From assembly GCA_951406725.2 (NCBI GenBank), contig OX597819.1, positions 42,036,001-42,100,000 of the forward strand: a stretch of DNA of 64,000 bases, given 5' to 3'. Origin of the DNA: Octopus vulgaris (lineage: Eukaryota). Shown here piece by piece: positions 26,521-39,100 of this stretch. Under the pieces are notes generated by a model that ran no database searches, was not told where the DNA came from, and worked only from the letters and a program-made list of their open reading frames with translations. The translations under genes and the position numbers were made by a program. The number at the start of each line of letters is the position of its first letter. Position 1 is the first letter of the stretch.

Positions 26521-26817
26521 GTGGGCAATTATGGAGTGCCCACTACACCATATGCCCGTGGGCAATTATGAAAAATTACTGTTAGAAACCCTCTGAGGAA
26601 AAAAAAAATTGGAATTTCTTCCCAAAGCAAAGAAATTAAAAAATTAAAAAAGTAAAAATATATTTAAAACATTTTGAAGAAAGAAAATCAATTTCAAAAT
26701 CATAAAAATATTATATAAAATTATATAAAATATATAAATAGCGGTGGTGCCCCAGCATGGCCGCAGCCTTCGGCCTAAAACATTTTTAAGGATTTAAGGA
26801 GATATAAGTTCATTGAA

Positions 26818-27091
26818 TTATTTTGAATCTTCTAATGAAGTAAGAATTTTGTTGTAAAGAGGTACTTTGTTTTTGTATCCATTGTCAGGTATTGATTTTA
26901 AAAATTCAACATAGTCACTTGGTAAACCGTTTGCCAAGGCTCCTCGCACTATAATATCCTTATACTGGGGAGATGGTTTTCCAAAGTCTTTTTTCAACAG
27001 TAGGTATGTACGGCATTCATATATCACATCGTTGGGATCTTTAACTTTGATGTCAGTAGCATGGTAGATATTTCTGTCAACTCCTTCTTGT
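26818..27091 (-). CDS. GGCT: Gamma-glutamylcyclotransferase, last coding exon
   Basis: Acceptor ttttttcag. Encodes QEGVDRNIY...ECRTYLL...KPSPQYKDIIVRGALANGLPSDYVEFLKSIPDNGY...TAA; the catalytic Glu in QEGV is retained. Confidence 0.95.
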
Positions 27092-28365
27092 CTGAAAAAA
27101 ATAAAGGATCATAAGATATGTGGGAATCTATTGGTTTCAAATTTTGGCACAAGGCCAGCAGTGCTGCAGGAAGTGGGTGGGGCAGGTTGATTAAATTGAC
27201 TCCAGTGCTCATCTGGTACTCATTAGATCAACACAGAAAAGCTGAAAGGCAAAGTCAACCTTGGCAGAATTTGAATTTGAACTCTGAAAATGTCGATGGA
27301 CAAAATGTTATTAAGTATTTTGGCCAGTGTGCTAACAATTCTGCCAGCTTCCCACCTTTCAAATATTCACACAAAACCAGCAATTCTAGGGATGGGGCTA
27401 AGCTGGTTACATCGACTCCAGTGTTCAACTGGTACTTGCTTATCAACCTCAGGAGGATGAAAGGCAAAGCTAACCTCAACAGAATTTGAACTCAGAACAT
27501 AACGATGGATGAAATGCCACTAAGCATCTTGCCTAGTCTGGTATGCTAACAATTCTGCTAGCTCACTGTCCTAATATGTTGGAATATATTGAAAATGCAA
27601 CATTATCAGATAAACCAAGAATTAAGTATTTATTAGGGTACAGGTTTGGGCATGGCTGTGAGTTTAAGAACTTTGCTTCCCAACCACATGGTTTGAGGTT
27701 CAGTTCCACTGCATGGCACCTTAGGCAAATGATAACTGAAATAAGTCTGTTGCATATATATATATATATGCATGTGGTAAGAAGCTTGCTTCCCAACAAC
27801 ATGGTTCCAGGTTCAGTACCACTGTGTGGAACCTTGAGCAAGTGGCCTTTACTATAGCTTTGGGTTGACCAAAGACTTGTGAGTGGATTTGGTAGACGCA
27901 TATCGTATAGGTGTGTGTGTGTTTTTTTGTCTGTTTGTCCCCACCACCATCACTTGACAACCAATGCTGGTGTGTTTATGTCCATATAACTTAGTGGTTC
28001 AGCAAAAGAAACCCAAAGGAATAGGCTTACAAAGACTAATTCCTGCAGTCGATTTGTTCGACTAAATCCCCTAAAGGTGGTGCTCCAGCATGGCTGCAAA
28101 TAAATGACTGAAATAAGTAACAAAATAAAAGAATAAAAGAATATGTGCATGTTTGTGTTTCCTTGTTTTGACTGCATGAGATAGTTGTAAATGAGTGTCA
28201 CTGTCATACAAGCAGTGTAATTTGTTTCTATTCTCCTGTGAAAACATGTCCGATCAAGGTGAAGGTTGGCAACAAGAAGGGTATCTAGCAGTAGAAATTT
28301 GTTGCAAAAGGCTTGTGCATAAACTAAATAGCAGTTAATTAGTTAATTAAACTGATGATGCTTAC

Positions 28366-28499
28366 TTGTCTAATGAGTCCCTTTCTGAAATGCTCATTTC
28401 ATAAACAACTCCCCATACAACATCACCTTTTGATTCAACAATTGTGGCTACATGGCCACACCAACGAGAAGACTGATATGCAAATTTTAATTGGTAATT
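28366..28499 (-). CDS. GGCT: Gamma-glutamylcyclotransferase, middle exon (134 nt)
   Basis: AG/GT bounded. NYQLKFAYQSSRWCGHVATIVESKGDVVWGVVYEMSISERDSLD; the phase-2 end joins the next exon in frame. Confidence 0.95.
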
Positions 28500-28926
28500 C
28501 TTGGAATAGAAAGAAAAAAGAAAGCAATACATAAACTTATAATAAAAATTAAGAAAGATTTGAAAAAATTCAAAATTTAAAATATTTCAGCAAGATAAAA
28601 TACAAAACTGTTATGTATATAACACATGCATACACACATATGCATTGTTTGTATACATGTACACACACACACACACATATATATATATTTATATATATAC
28701 ATAGATATATTCAAATATAGATGATTTCAAATTTTGGCACAAAACCAGTAAGTTAAAAGGGGAAAGGGTTAAGTACTTAGGGTTGATCACATTGGCCCTA
28801 ATACTTGAGCAGTAGTTTATTTTATAGCCCTATCAAAATGCAAAGTTGATTTTAGTGGAATTTCAACTCGGAACATAAAAAGCTGAAACAAATATTACAA
28901 AGCATTAGCACTGCCATATATATATA

Positions 28927-29468
28927 TGGTGGCTGCCCCTTCATTATCGAGTATGGCTATTGCACGAAGCTTAATCAATGTTGTTATCATGCAATGCCTG
29001 TGCAAGAAGATTTTTTTTTAAAGTGAGGAAAGGCTGTGCACTGAGTCAATCCCACTCACTAAGCAACAGCAGCCATAATATGAAAAGAAGAACAAGTCAA
29101 CATCATCGGTAACCACTGAGCCACAGGTTTTATGTCGGAATTATCCCAGTTACCTGAGTTACCTTCTCCTAGAAGGATGCCCTAACAAAGGCTGGGAGTC
29201 CTTCACTCCCAATGGTTTAACCTCGCGATCGGGTATTCAGTCCGATTATTTCTATGTCCCCGTGCATGATACAGCCTTAAAACATTTATTGGATGGCCAT
29301 TGTCTCTTAAGAGTTCCTCCGCCCTTTGACAGGTTTTGTTTTTCATCCCACAGGGTGTCCAATAAACACCCTCCTCACCAAGCAAGCTTGGTGGGGTTGC
29401 CGGTTTAGTCGCTAACGACTCGACCATGCAACAGGTTGTACTGGGTTACATGTTACCAGTAGCACTCG
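28927..29468. mobile_element. Probable LINE-associated repeat (5' UTR-like) between (TA)n runs
   Basis: GC-richer block bounded by TA repeats. Its terminal ~90 bp recur inverted at 29677-29780. Confidence 0.45.
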
Positions 29469-30067
29469 AATATATATATATATATATATATTCTTTTACT
29501 TGTTTCAGTCATGTGACTGCAGCCATGCACAGGTACTGCTGGCATATTTTATGGATAATGGCCAATCATGGACTTCTTTGGTCATGGGTGGACAGCCATC
29601 ATCATCGTGTGTGTGTGTGTGTATACATATATAAGGTGAGCCAACAAATATGTATGGTCACTTGTGAGATCTCTCATGAGTGTTACTGGTAACATGGAAT
29701 CAAGTACAACTTGCTGCATGGTTGGGCCGTTGGTGACTAAACTGGCTACCCCACTAGGCTTGCCTGGTAAGGAGGACTGTTAGAAACTCAGCAGGACTAA
29801 AAACAGGACCTGTCAAAAAGATAGATGAACCTAGTGTAGATTCAGTAACTACTAAGCAGAAATTCTGGATTTGTGTCCAAAGTGCTGGAACACCACTGGA
29901 AGTGAGGCACCATTTAGCTTTTGTCTTTAGGAGTGGGTCACTTTGATATAAAAACAGATATGCAGGGAATGACATCAAACATTTTGGAGATCTTTTGGTT
30001 GCACTTAGAATCATGGCACTCCCACATTCCTGAGCCTGCAACCTGTAATGGCACTGAGTATCTTATT

Positions 30068-30297
30068 TCTTTACTGCCCACAAGGGGCTACACACAGAGG
30101 GGACAAACAAGGGCAGACAAACGGATTAAGTCAATTACATCGACCCCCAGTGCGTAACTGGTACTTATTTAATCGACCCCGAAAGGATGAAAGGCAAAAT
30201 TGACCTCAGCGGAATTTGAACTCAGAATGTAATGGCAGACAAAATACAGCTAAGCATTTTGCCCGGCGTGCTAACATTTCTGCCAGCTCGCCGCCTT
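30068..30297 (-). mobile_element. tRNA-derived SINE (family B)
   Basis: Close copy of 25690-25917. Confidence 0.9.
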
Positions 30298-31380
30298 AGT
30301 ATCTTGTCCTGGCTTCTCTCTGGATCATGTCAGTAGGATGGAGAGGATTCTGTGAGATGCTGTGCAAGCTGCCTTATTGCACTTAAAATTTTAGGGCGAG
30401 CAATCACTGGCAAGGAGATTATCTGATGGCCAGGAAAGAAGGCGAGCATTGTGGTGAGCATGGAAGCTGTGGATGCGTGAAGCCAATACTGGTGCAGGAA
30501 CCTAATGCACAGGTATTGCTGGCATTTTTTATGGACACTGGCCAGTCATGGTCTTACTTGATCACAAGTGGACAGCCATCATCATCGTGTGTATGTGTGT
30601 GTGTGTGCGTGTATGCATGCATGTGTATATATATGTGAGAAAACACATAGCTTTGTGGCTAGCCAACTGCAACTAGGTTCTTAATCATAAAGAAATGGGT
30701 TTGACTCTCTATTTAGGATGAACATTGTGAATTTGACCAAATCATTTTATAGATACATACATACAACAATATAATTACATATGTGCTGTTGGTGATTTCT
30801 TTCCCTTTCTCCTTTCTGATGAAGAGCTATGTTTGAAATGTCAAAAACTCTCTCTTTTTACTGAGTGTCAAACTAATACACTCCTTGTGCATGTACTCTT
30901 GTGGTTTGTTATTATTAATTTTATTGTTCATTTATTTGATTTGACTATATACATACATGCATGCATGCATGCACACATACACACACACAGTTCTACAATT
31001 TCTTGCTGAACAGCCTGCACAAATGATCTGTTTATAGTGATTAAATGTATGTGCTGTACATTAGTTCATGCCCTCCATCAAATCATTGTTGCTTGAACAG
31101 GTGCACAGTGAACCACATGTCAGGAGTTGAAGTGATCACAGAGAAACAGGAGAAAAGGTAATTTACTGAAGAACACAATATACCACCTGGTCCAGGAACT
31201 GAAACCATGATCTCATGAATGTAAGTGCAACAATCTAACCACTGGTCCACTCATCTGTATAGAGACATACATTTGAAGATCCATATCATTTTCAGCATTC
31301 TCATTTCTATTAATGTTTGTAATCAGAATTGAGGTCTTTGACTTAATTTTACAAAATTACACTTACATCATAAGTCATAC

Positions 31381-31608
31381 TTAACCCTTTCGTTACTGTA
31401 TTTATTTTGAAATGCTCTGTATTTCTTTCAATTACTTTAACTATTAAAAAGAATTTAGTAAAATAACTTGGTTATCATTAAGCTAGTGTTATGAACATAA
31501 ATTGCGACTAAGGTTTGGTGGAATATTTTTATTCAAAACTTATGGAAACAAGACATTTGTACTCAGAGCCAGAGCTGGTTTCAGCCAGGTTGGTAATGAA
31601 AGGGTTAA
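31381..31608. mobile_element. piggyBac-like MITE
   Basis: TTAACCCTTTCGTTAC...GTAATGAAAGGGTTAA. Copies lie at 44447, 57849 and 58073. Confidence 0.9.
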
Positions 31609-31898
31609 CAGGAATTATCTATTGTTAGAAAATTTCTATAAGGGATGAAACAAGCAAAGTAACTAGTTAGAAAATTGCTATATAAGATGAAAGCAGTAAT
31701 TATACTGGTAAGTAACGTTTATCACCACATCAATATGGCTGTTCCATAGGAATCAATGCTTCTTTTAGTCTTTTTATGCTTCAGCCCAAAGACTGTGGCC
31801 ATGTTAGAGCACCACCAATGTAATCACCTTTAAAAATAGTTTAGATATGGTTAAATAATTAAACAAAGGAAAAATGAAAATGAATATATTTCCTTTAC

Positions 31899-32003
31899 CT
31901 CCAATTTAGCAACTGCTTTAAAGACAGCTGTTTTATTGTTGATGCCAAGGCGTTCTTTCAGAAGGTTGCTTGCAAAAGCAAAGTACAAGAATTTGTCAGT
32001 CAT
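31899..32003 (-). CDS. GGCT: Gamma-glutamylcyclotransferase, first recognisable coding exon
   Basis: MTDKFLYFAFASNLLKERLGINNKTAVFKAVAKLE matches the YFAYGSNL motif region. Phase-0 donor GAG|GTAAAG; acceptor 17 nt upstream of the ATG. Confidence 0.93.
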
Positions 32004-33127
32004 TTCAAAAGTTTGGTCGTCTTTTAAAACAAATATGAAATTAAAAGATAAATAAATAAATATGAAGCACTTTGTTTAAAGACACAAAAATATGAGTTAC
32101 TAACAAAATACATTTCAATGTGTTTTGATATGAAGTTAAAAATTACAAATCAAGGTTAAGAGAAATTATCCAAGAATGGTGAAGGTGCATGGCCCAGTGA
32201 TTAAGATGTTTGACTACTGATCATTAGGTTGAGGGTTCAATTCCAGAACCAGGCAACATGTTCTGTCTTTGAGCAAAAGCAATGTTTCGCATTGCTCCAG
32301 CCATCTCAGCTGTAATGAGTAATAGCTTGGTGCTGGTGCAGCTCTCTTTTCCTTCAGCTGTTATATCCTGGATAATCAGCTGAGTCAAGGACGAGGTGCC
32401 TGAGTGGGTGTCTGTGTTTGCTCATGACTACCTAGGTACCTAGAGCAATTAGTGAAAGCATGGTACATGTTACCATATCATATTGCTCATGAGTGATGCT
32501 TAGCTATACTGAACTTGTACACAAGTATAATATGTGCACACAAAAAAAAAAAAAAATAGTAGTTAAGTTAGGATCATCATACATAATGTAGTGAGAGAAA
32601 AATTTAATAACTGGTAATATTTCTAATTCAAGCTGTCTTTGAAAAGTCTAGGTGAAAATACTAGACATATTATTAGACCTCCTCAGCAAAATATAACTTT
32701 CTCTGTGTTTGCCAGGTTAGTATAAGGGAATCACTCTGATGATGTACAAAAGGTACGCAAGTAATCATCAAAAATTAATTAAAAGAATAAGGGAATTTAC
32801 ACACACACACACAAACAATGATAAAGTTAGGATTAATAAACTCAATGTAGTAAAACAAATAATTCTAATTAAACAACAACAACAGCGATGATGATGATGA
32901 TGAAAATGATAATAATAACAATCCACAAGACCTGAAATTTTCTGGGAGGCAGATGGCCAATTACATCGATCCCAGTGTTTCACTGGTACTTAATTTATCA
33001 ACTCGAAAGAATGAAAGGCAAAGTTGACCTCAGTGGAATTTGAACTCAGAATGAAAAGACGGATGAAATGATGCTAAGCATGTTGCCTGGTGTGCTAATG
33101 ATTCTGCAGTCTTGCTACCTTCTTCTT

Positions 33128-33203
33128 GATGATGATGATGATGATGATGAGGTTGATGATGATGATGATGTTGATGATGATGATGGTGATGATGATGATG
33201 ATA
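33128..33203. repeat. (GAT)n microsatellite between SINE fragments
   Basis: Directly visible. Confidence 0.95.
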
Positions 33204-34689
33204 ATCCTTTCTTCTATAGGCACAAGGCCTCAAATTTGTGGGGAGGGGGCAAGTCCATCACATTGACCGCAGTACTTGACTGGTACTTAATTTATAGACC
33301 CCAAAAGGATGAAAGGCAAAGTCAACCTTGGCAGAATTTGAACTCAGAATGTAAAGACAGGTGAAACACCACTAAGCATTTTGCCCAGCATGCTAATGAT
33401 TCTGTCAGCTCAATGCTTTGATAATGATAATAATAATAATCCTTTCTAATATAAGCACAAGGCCTGAAATTTTGGGGGAGGGGACTAATTGATTACACTG
33501 ACCCCAGTGTTTCACTGGTACTTAATTTATCAGCCTCGAAGGATGAAAGGCAAAGTCGACCTTAGCAGAATTTGAACTCAGACTGCATTTACATATATTT
33601 AGAAATTCAAGTTGTTCTAAGAAAACCACAATTGTATGCAAAAAGTGTTATTATTCCTGTTTATTGAGAATCTCCACACCATTTCTTAGCACTCTTTAAT
33701 CCCAAGCAAAACAATTCAATTTATTTTGACCTTTGCACTGCATGTCCAAACCCCAATTTGAGCATGTTAAACCAGACCAATGAATAGCAACTAATGTCAA
33801 AGACTACATGGCTATCAGAAAATGAATATAGTTTAATATAAGGTATTTAGCTGTTATCTGTAATTTCTTCTCAATTTGCTAATGCCAACAGTTCACTAAA
33901 AGTTATACTGTGTAGTCCTGTAATCTTTATACATAATACACACACACACACAAAGAGGCATATACATTACATTTTCATGCAAAGGAAGGATTGGCTAACA
34001 CAATCTATAAGTAGAACAATATGGAGGAAGTTTCTACAATTCAACATGTAACGTTTGTCACTGTTATGATCCAAATTCTAGGAATGAAGCTTTGTGCTCT
34101 TGTTAGAAACTAACTTGTTTCTTCTTGAAAGAATTTTGATGAAAAAAAAAAGTACATATATACATGCATACATCTAAACACATGTGTGTGTGCATGTATG
34201 TATGTATGTATCTGGTACTATATCATGTGGAAAGAGCAATGTATGTCTACTAAATGTGACTTGCAATGTAGAAGCCATCACTTATAATGGAGTGATACCT
34301 TCATAGAGGCTTGTGAACAATGCATAGGCATAATTGAAGCAAAGTTCATATAAAGATTCTACAACCATACTTCATCTTTCAGACATCATTCAGTGGATTG
34401 CAGCAAAATTAGTTGATTACATTCTTCCAATTATAATATCAAATTCATGATTATTGCAAGAACAAAGTTTAATCAGAATAGAATTAAACAACATTTTTAA
34501 TTCGCACTGCAGAAAAATGCCTCGTTTTTATAAATCTATATAATCTCTATGATATTTAGGGTATACCAGATCTTTTGAGTATACCAGATGAAAAATTTTT
34601 GAAAGTGTAAACATATTGAGAAGCATCCATTTTGTATGGCTAACTTTCTCCAAACAAATGAACATATGCATTTATATATATTCTAAAGA

Positions 34690-35008
34690 CTCCGCCGGTT
34701 ACGACGACGAGGGTCCCAGCTGATACGATCAACGGAACAGCTTGCTCGTGAAATTAACGTGCAAATGGCTGAGCATTCCACAGACATGTGTACCCTTAAC
34801 GTAGTTCTCGGGGATAATCAGCGTGACACAGAGAGTGACAAGGCCGACCCTTTGAAATACAAGTACAACTCATTTTTGCCAGCTGAGTGGACTGGAGCAA
34901 CGTGAAATAAAGTGTCTTGCTCAAGGACACAACGCGTCGCCGGGAATCGAACTCACAACCTTACGATCATGAGCCGAATGCCCTAACCACTAAGCCACGC
35001 GCCCTCAC
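34690..35008 (-). mobile_element. tRNA-derived SINE (family C), probably young
   Basis: A box TGGCTTAGTGG, B box GTTCGATTCC and central TGTGTCCTTGAGCAAGACACTT; CpGs are retained. Older relatives lie near 16000-16305 and 32180-32320. Confidence 0.85.
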
Positions 35009-35664
35009 CTTTATATATATATATATATATATAAATGCATGTATGTATATGCACCTTATTCTCCATTCTTTTTTTCCTTTGCTTTCATGTTTCCTCCTCC
35101 CCCTTTTTCTGTTCTTGGTGCTTTTATTTTTCACAATTCTTTACTCTTCTATAACTCTTTCTTTACGTCTGTTATTTATTCCAATCCGTTTTGAAATTTA
35201 ATTGTACTATTAAGGGGAAATAACTAATCTCAATCATGTAAGAGTTTTGTTTCCTACACAAAATTCTTAATTTAAATTTTTTCAGTATCGCCTTAGAAAA
35301 GTCGAGGCGTACAGAAACTGTGATCTGACGAATGTTCCTTGACAAAAAGCCAAGGTAATCATGATGGATAAGCTGTAGTCCGTATAAATGTATATAAATA
35401 TTTTTGTATTGAGTACTATAGTTGTTTCATTCTGCAGTTAAGCCTTGTTTATACACACACACGCAATGATATAGCTGTCTAGTTAAGAAGTTTGTATTGA
35501 AACAGTATTCATTCTCACAGTATGCAAGTGTCTTCAGCTATGGTCTCAGATAGATCAATGCTCTATGAGTGAATGTGGTAGACCGCGAGTAAGGTCGTTT
35601 GATAATACCCATAAGCTCTGTGGGTCTCGCTTTGAAATCCAACAGGATCAATTAGAGACAGTTA

Positions 35665-36180
35665 CTTTTGACAGGGCATGATAGGCGTGCTTGAGGACTT
35701 ATATAATAATGAAATTATTGTATACAGTGCTCAGGTGCACCACAGCTTGTCAGAAAGTGCGTATAAAGTATATGCAGTAATGTACAAATGTCTGGAAAGC
35801 GAACAGTGTATGAGTCAGGTACATGCTTGCGTGTGTATGGAGGGGAGAAAATCAGATGTAGTGTTGGCGAATCTCAGAAAGCATGGAAGTTTTTGAAGGA
35901 TGCAGTGCTCCGACAACTAACAACTGATGCCGGCAGTTTGTTCCATGCTTCAGCAACTCTCAGCGTGAAAAAACGTTTCCTAAAGTCATGGGAGCTGTGC
36001 TGTTTTCTGACTTTGTAAATATGTCCACGGGTGTTAGACGGGTGGAGTTTGAAAAGGTGCTCAGAGTTATTGTTTGTAAGATGGTTGATAATTTTATGGG
36101 TGTCTGCCAAGTCAGCTGCCAGACGTCGGAGTTTCAATGTGTCCATGCAAAGGGAAGTAAGGCATTCAGAATATGGCAAA
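35665..36180 (-). mobile_element. CR1-type LINE 3' fragment
   Basis: LKLRRL...HKII...NTRGHIYK...RKRFFTLRVAEAWNKLP...ASFK is the typical CR1 ORF2 C-terminus. Confidence 0.9.
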
Positions 36181-39100
36181 TGCCTGATGGAGGGTATTTA
36201 CTGTCACGACTGTCTCAAGAATAAGTGAGCGAAGATGAGATGAAATGAAATCTAGTCATGCAATCGACAGTTTTCCCCTCTCTCAAAATTTGCAATACGG
36301 TGTATGTATGGAATAAATCAATAATTTCTCAAAAAAAAAGTTTTTCATGTGACTAATTAAGATACTCTAACAGCAGGTTGACAGCTGTTTTTCCATTTTA
36401 CATCATATCCATAACTGACAGAAAGCTGTCAATTTAAAAATAGAGAGACGACAAAGTAATAAAGATACTTATAACAGCAGGCTGACATATTTTCCCCCAT
36501 GAGTAATTACTTTACTAATAACGTAACTATCCTTATAATTAAGCAGTTAATGTGTCTGACTAACATCATTGGCTGTTTCAAATTTAAAGTAGTCTCCCTT
36601 TACTACTAAACTTCCGACTCTGTAATTCTATTAAGTAAACAGAAAAGTTGGTCTCGTTCATGTCTTCTTTCTAATTAATATCTCTCAATTTCAATGCATT
36701 CTTTATATATGCTGGGATAAAAGGAAAGAAACTAACAATGGTTGTCAAGAGATGGGGAGAAGGACAAACACAGACACAATGAGATACATATACATGCATA
36801 CGACAGACTTTCATACAATTTCCATCAACCAAATTCACTCACAAAGCATTGCTCAGCCTGGGGCTGTAGTAGAAGATACTTGCCTAAGGTGCTACGCAAT
36901 GGGACTGAACTCGAAATCATGCGTTTGCAAAGCAAGCTTCACATGCTTGCTTGCACTTCCAAATAATTTATTGTAACAAGAACAAAAAAAAACAATAAAT
37001 AATAAATAAAATTTAAAAAAAGCAAATTTCAACCCTTATTTTTCTTTTTTATATCTTAAAAATGTATAATTTGTCAATTTGCATCATGGTAAATCAAGCC
37101 CACTCAATTAAAACACCCGTGGTGTCCCAAGCATGTACTTAAATTGTTTGATGGTTAATCTAAGTCTACTTGGAATCCCAAATAAATAAGCATAGGAATA
37201 ACTGGTCTTACTAGGAGCATTCTACTTTTCAATAATTGCTAGAATCATTAGGAGAAATTTATTGTTAGATTTAGTGGAGCTGGATAAGTTCCACTAAAAG
37301 CTATCTCGTTGGGACAGTGTGACCAATGCTATACCTCCTAATTACTATTTTCATCTTTTATTGTGCACTATTATATTGAGGTCACTTATCTGTTGAGTGT
37401 TTGAAAAAAATTCTTTTGCTGTATGTAAACAAGTTGTTCTTCAGTTATTAATTTATGTTATTGATCAAATTGTTCTTGAACTAATATAACTCACATTTTG
37501 TTCTGAAATATGTGTTTGAATCGATATAATTAATTTAGTTCACTAATTTCTGGTTTTGCCAATATAAATGTAACACAAACATGCATACACATCATGTGAT
37601 AATTATGCAGGCATTTTCACTCCATTATCTTTAAACACGCTTATATAAAAATAGAGGAAAGCTTTCAAATTTGAATGTAAAAGAATATGTAATACTATTA
37701 CTTTCATACACATGCATATGGTTGGCGCAATTCAAAAGACAGCTTACATAGAAATGTGGCTGGCTCAAGATTTTGCAATTTATATATCTACAAAAAAGGG
37801 AAGAAGCTTTCTTAATTTGTAAGATGGGGAGCTGGCAGAATTGTTAGCATACTGGGCTTAGTGGCATTTCTTCCTTACCAAATGAAAGAACCTCTCAAAA
37901 TTTGTGCACATGCACACACACACACATACTCTCAGAATTTTCAATGCATTCAAACCTCAGGTCTATTATGAGCTTACAGGATCATTCAGCCAGAGCTTAT
38001 CCTGGTTTCTGTAGTGTAAAGTGGTTGAAAGTACTCTCAAACACCTCTTTTTCTTCAAATGACATGCCAGCTTTTCATTTCCAAAGAGAATCCATAATTT
38101 GGCTTGTGCATGTGTAAAATCATGCTTAACTTTTTCAATTTTCAAATGGAAAATTATTTTGAAGTTTTGAAAAATGCTTGGCAGAATCTTAATGATTGAT
38201 TTTTCAAAGATGTAAAACTTAAAATTTTGAAAACGTGTAAAAAATAAATAAAAATTAAAAAAAGGAAAATTTAAGGAAGAGGAAATTTTAGAAATTTAAA
38301 ATTTTGAAAAGAAATTTTTTTTATGTATAATCTTATACATTAAAAATATAAATATGAAGAAAGTATTGGACAAACAAAAATGTAATGACTAGTTTATATG
38401 GTGTTGATCAGAACTTTTGATTAATAAGAAATTATCATCACATTATCACCATTCACTAAAACAGGTTTTCTAGCCTTGAAATGAAGCCAACATTTTGTAT
38501 TATTATACTTAAAAATGTTCTCACCTTTGCTTTTTAATCATAGAAAGAAGATAAAATATGTGATGTATTCCTGGTGGTAAGCTATTATATGAATCATCAG
38601 CACAGTATAGCCAAAGGCAAATAAATTAAGCTAAATCAAACATTTTACAAAATTAGAAAATTCTTATAGAAAGTATCTTACAGTTTAAAAGCATTCATGT
38701 TTTTTTTTCTGTCTCAAAAGTTTAAGAACATGACTTAAGTGATCTAAAGAATGTATAAACCATATATTTTGATTGACTGTAGTAAATACAATGCAGCAAG
38801 TTTAATTTTTTTGTTAACTGAATTTCCTGTTTTTGGTTTTTGTTGACACTTATTCTCTTTCATACATCATTTCCTCAACATAAATCATTCTCCCACTTAC
38901 CAATAACCAACATGTAGGGACCTACCTAGTACCATTTTAAGGCACAGTCAAACTGGGCAATAACCCAGGGACCTCACAACTCTAGGGGGCCACTGTATGT
39001 TGTGGCTTACTAGCAATAAATTAACACTACAGGACCCAGTGCATTGTTTTACTTGGAAGCCTATAAGGTTGTTAAGACAGTCTTGTATCAATTACTCTTC

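Noticed and set aside
33030-33364. Poly-His and poly-Asp ORFs
   Set aside because: (GAT)n tract between SINE fragments.
34930-35008. tRNA-like sequence
   Set aside because: No proper acceptor stem; it continues into a SINE body, so it is a SINE head rather than a tRNA gene.
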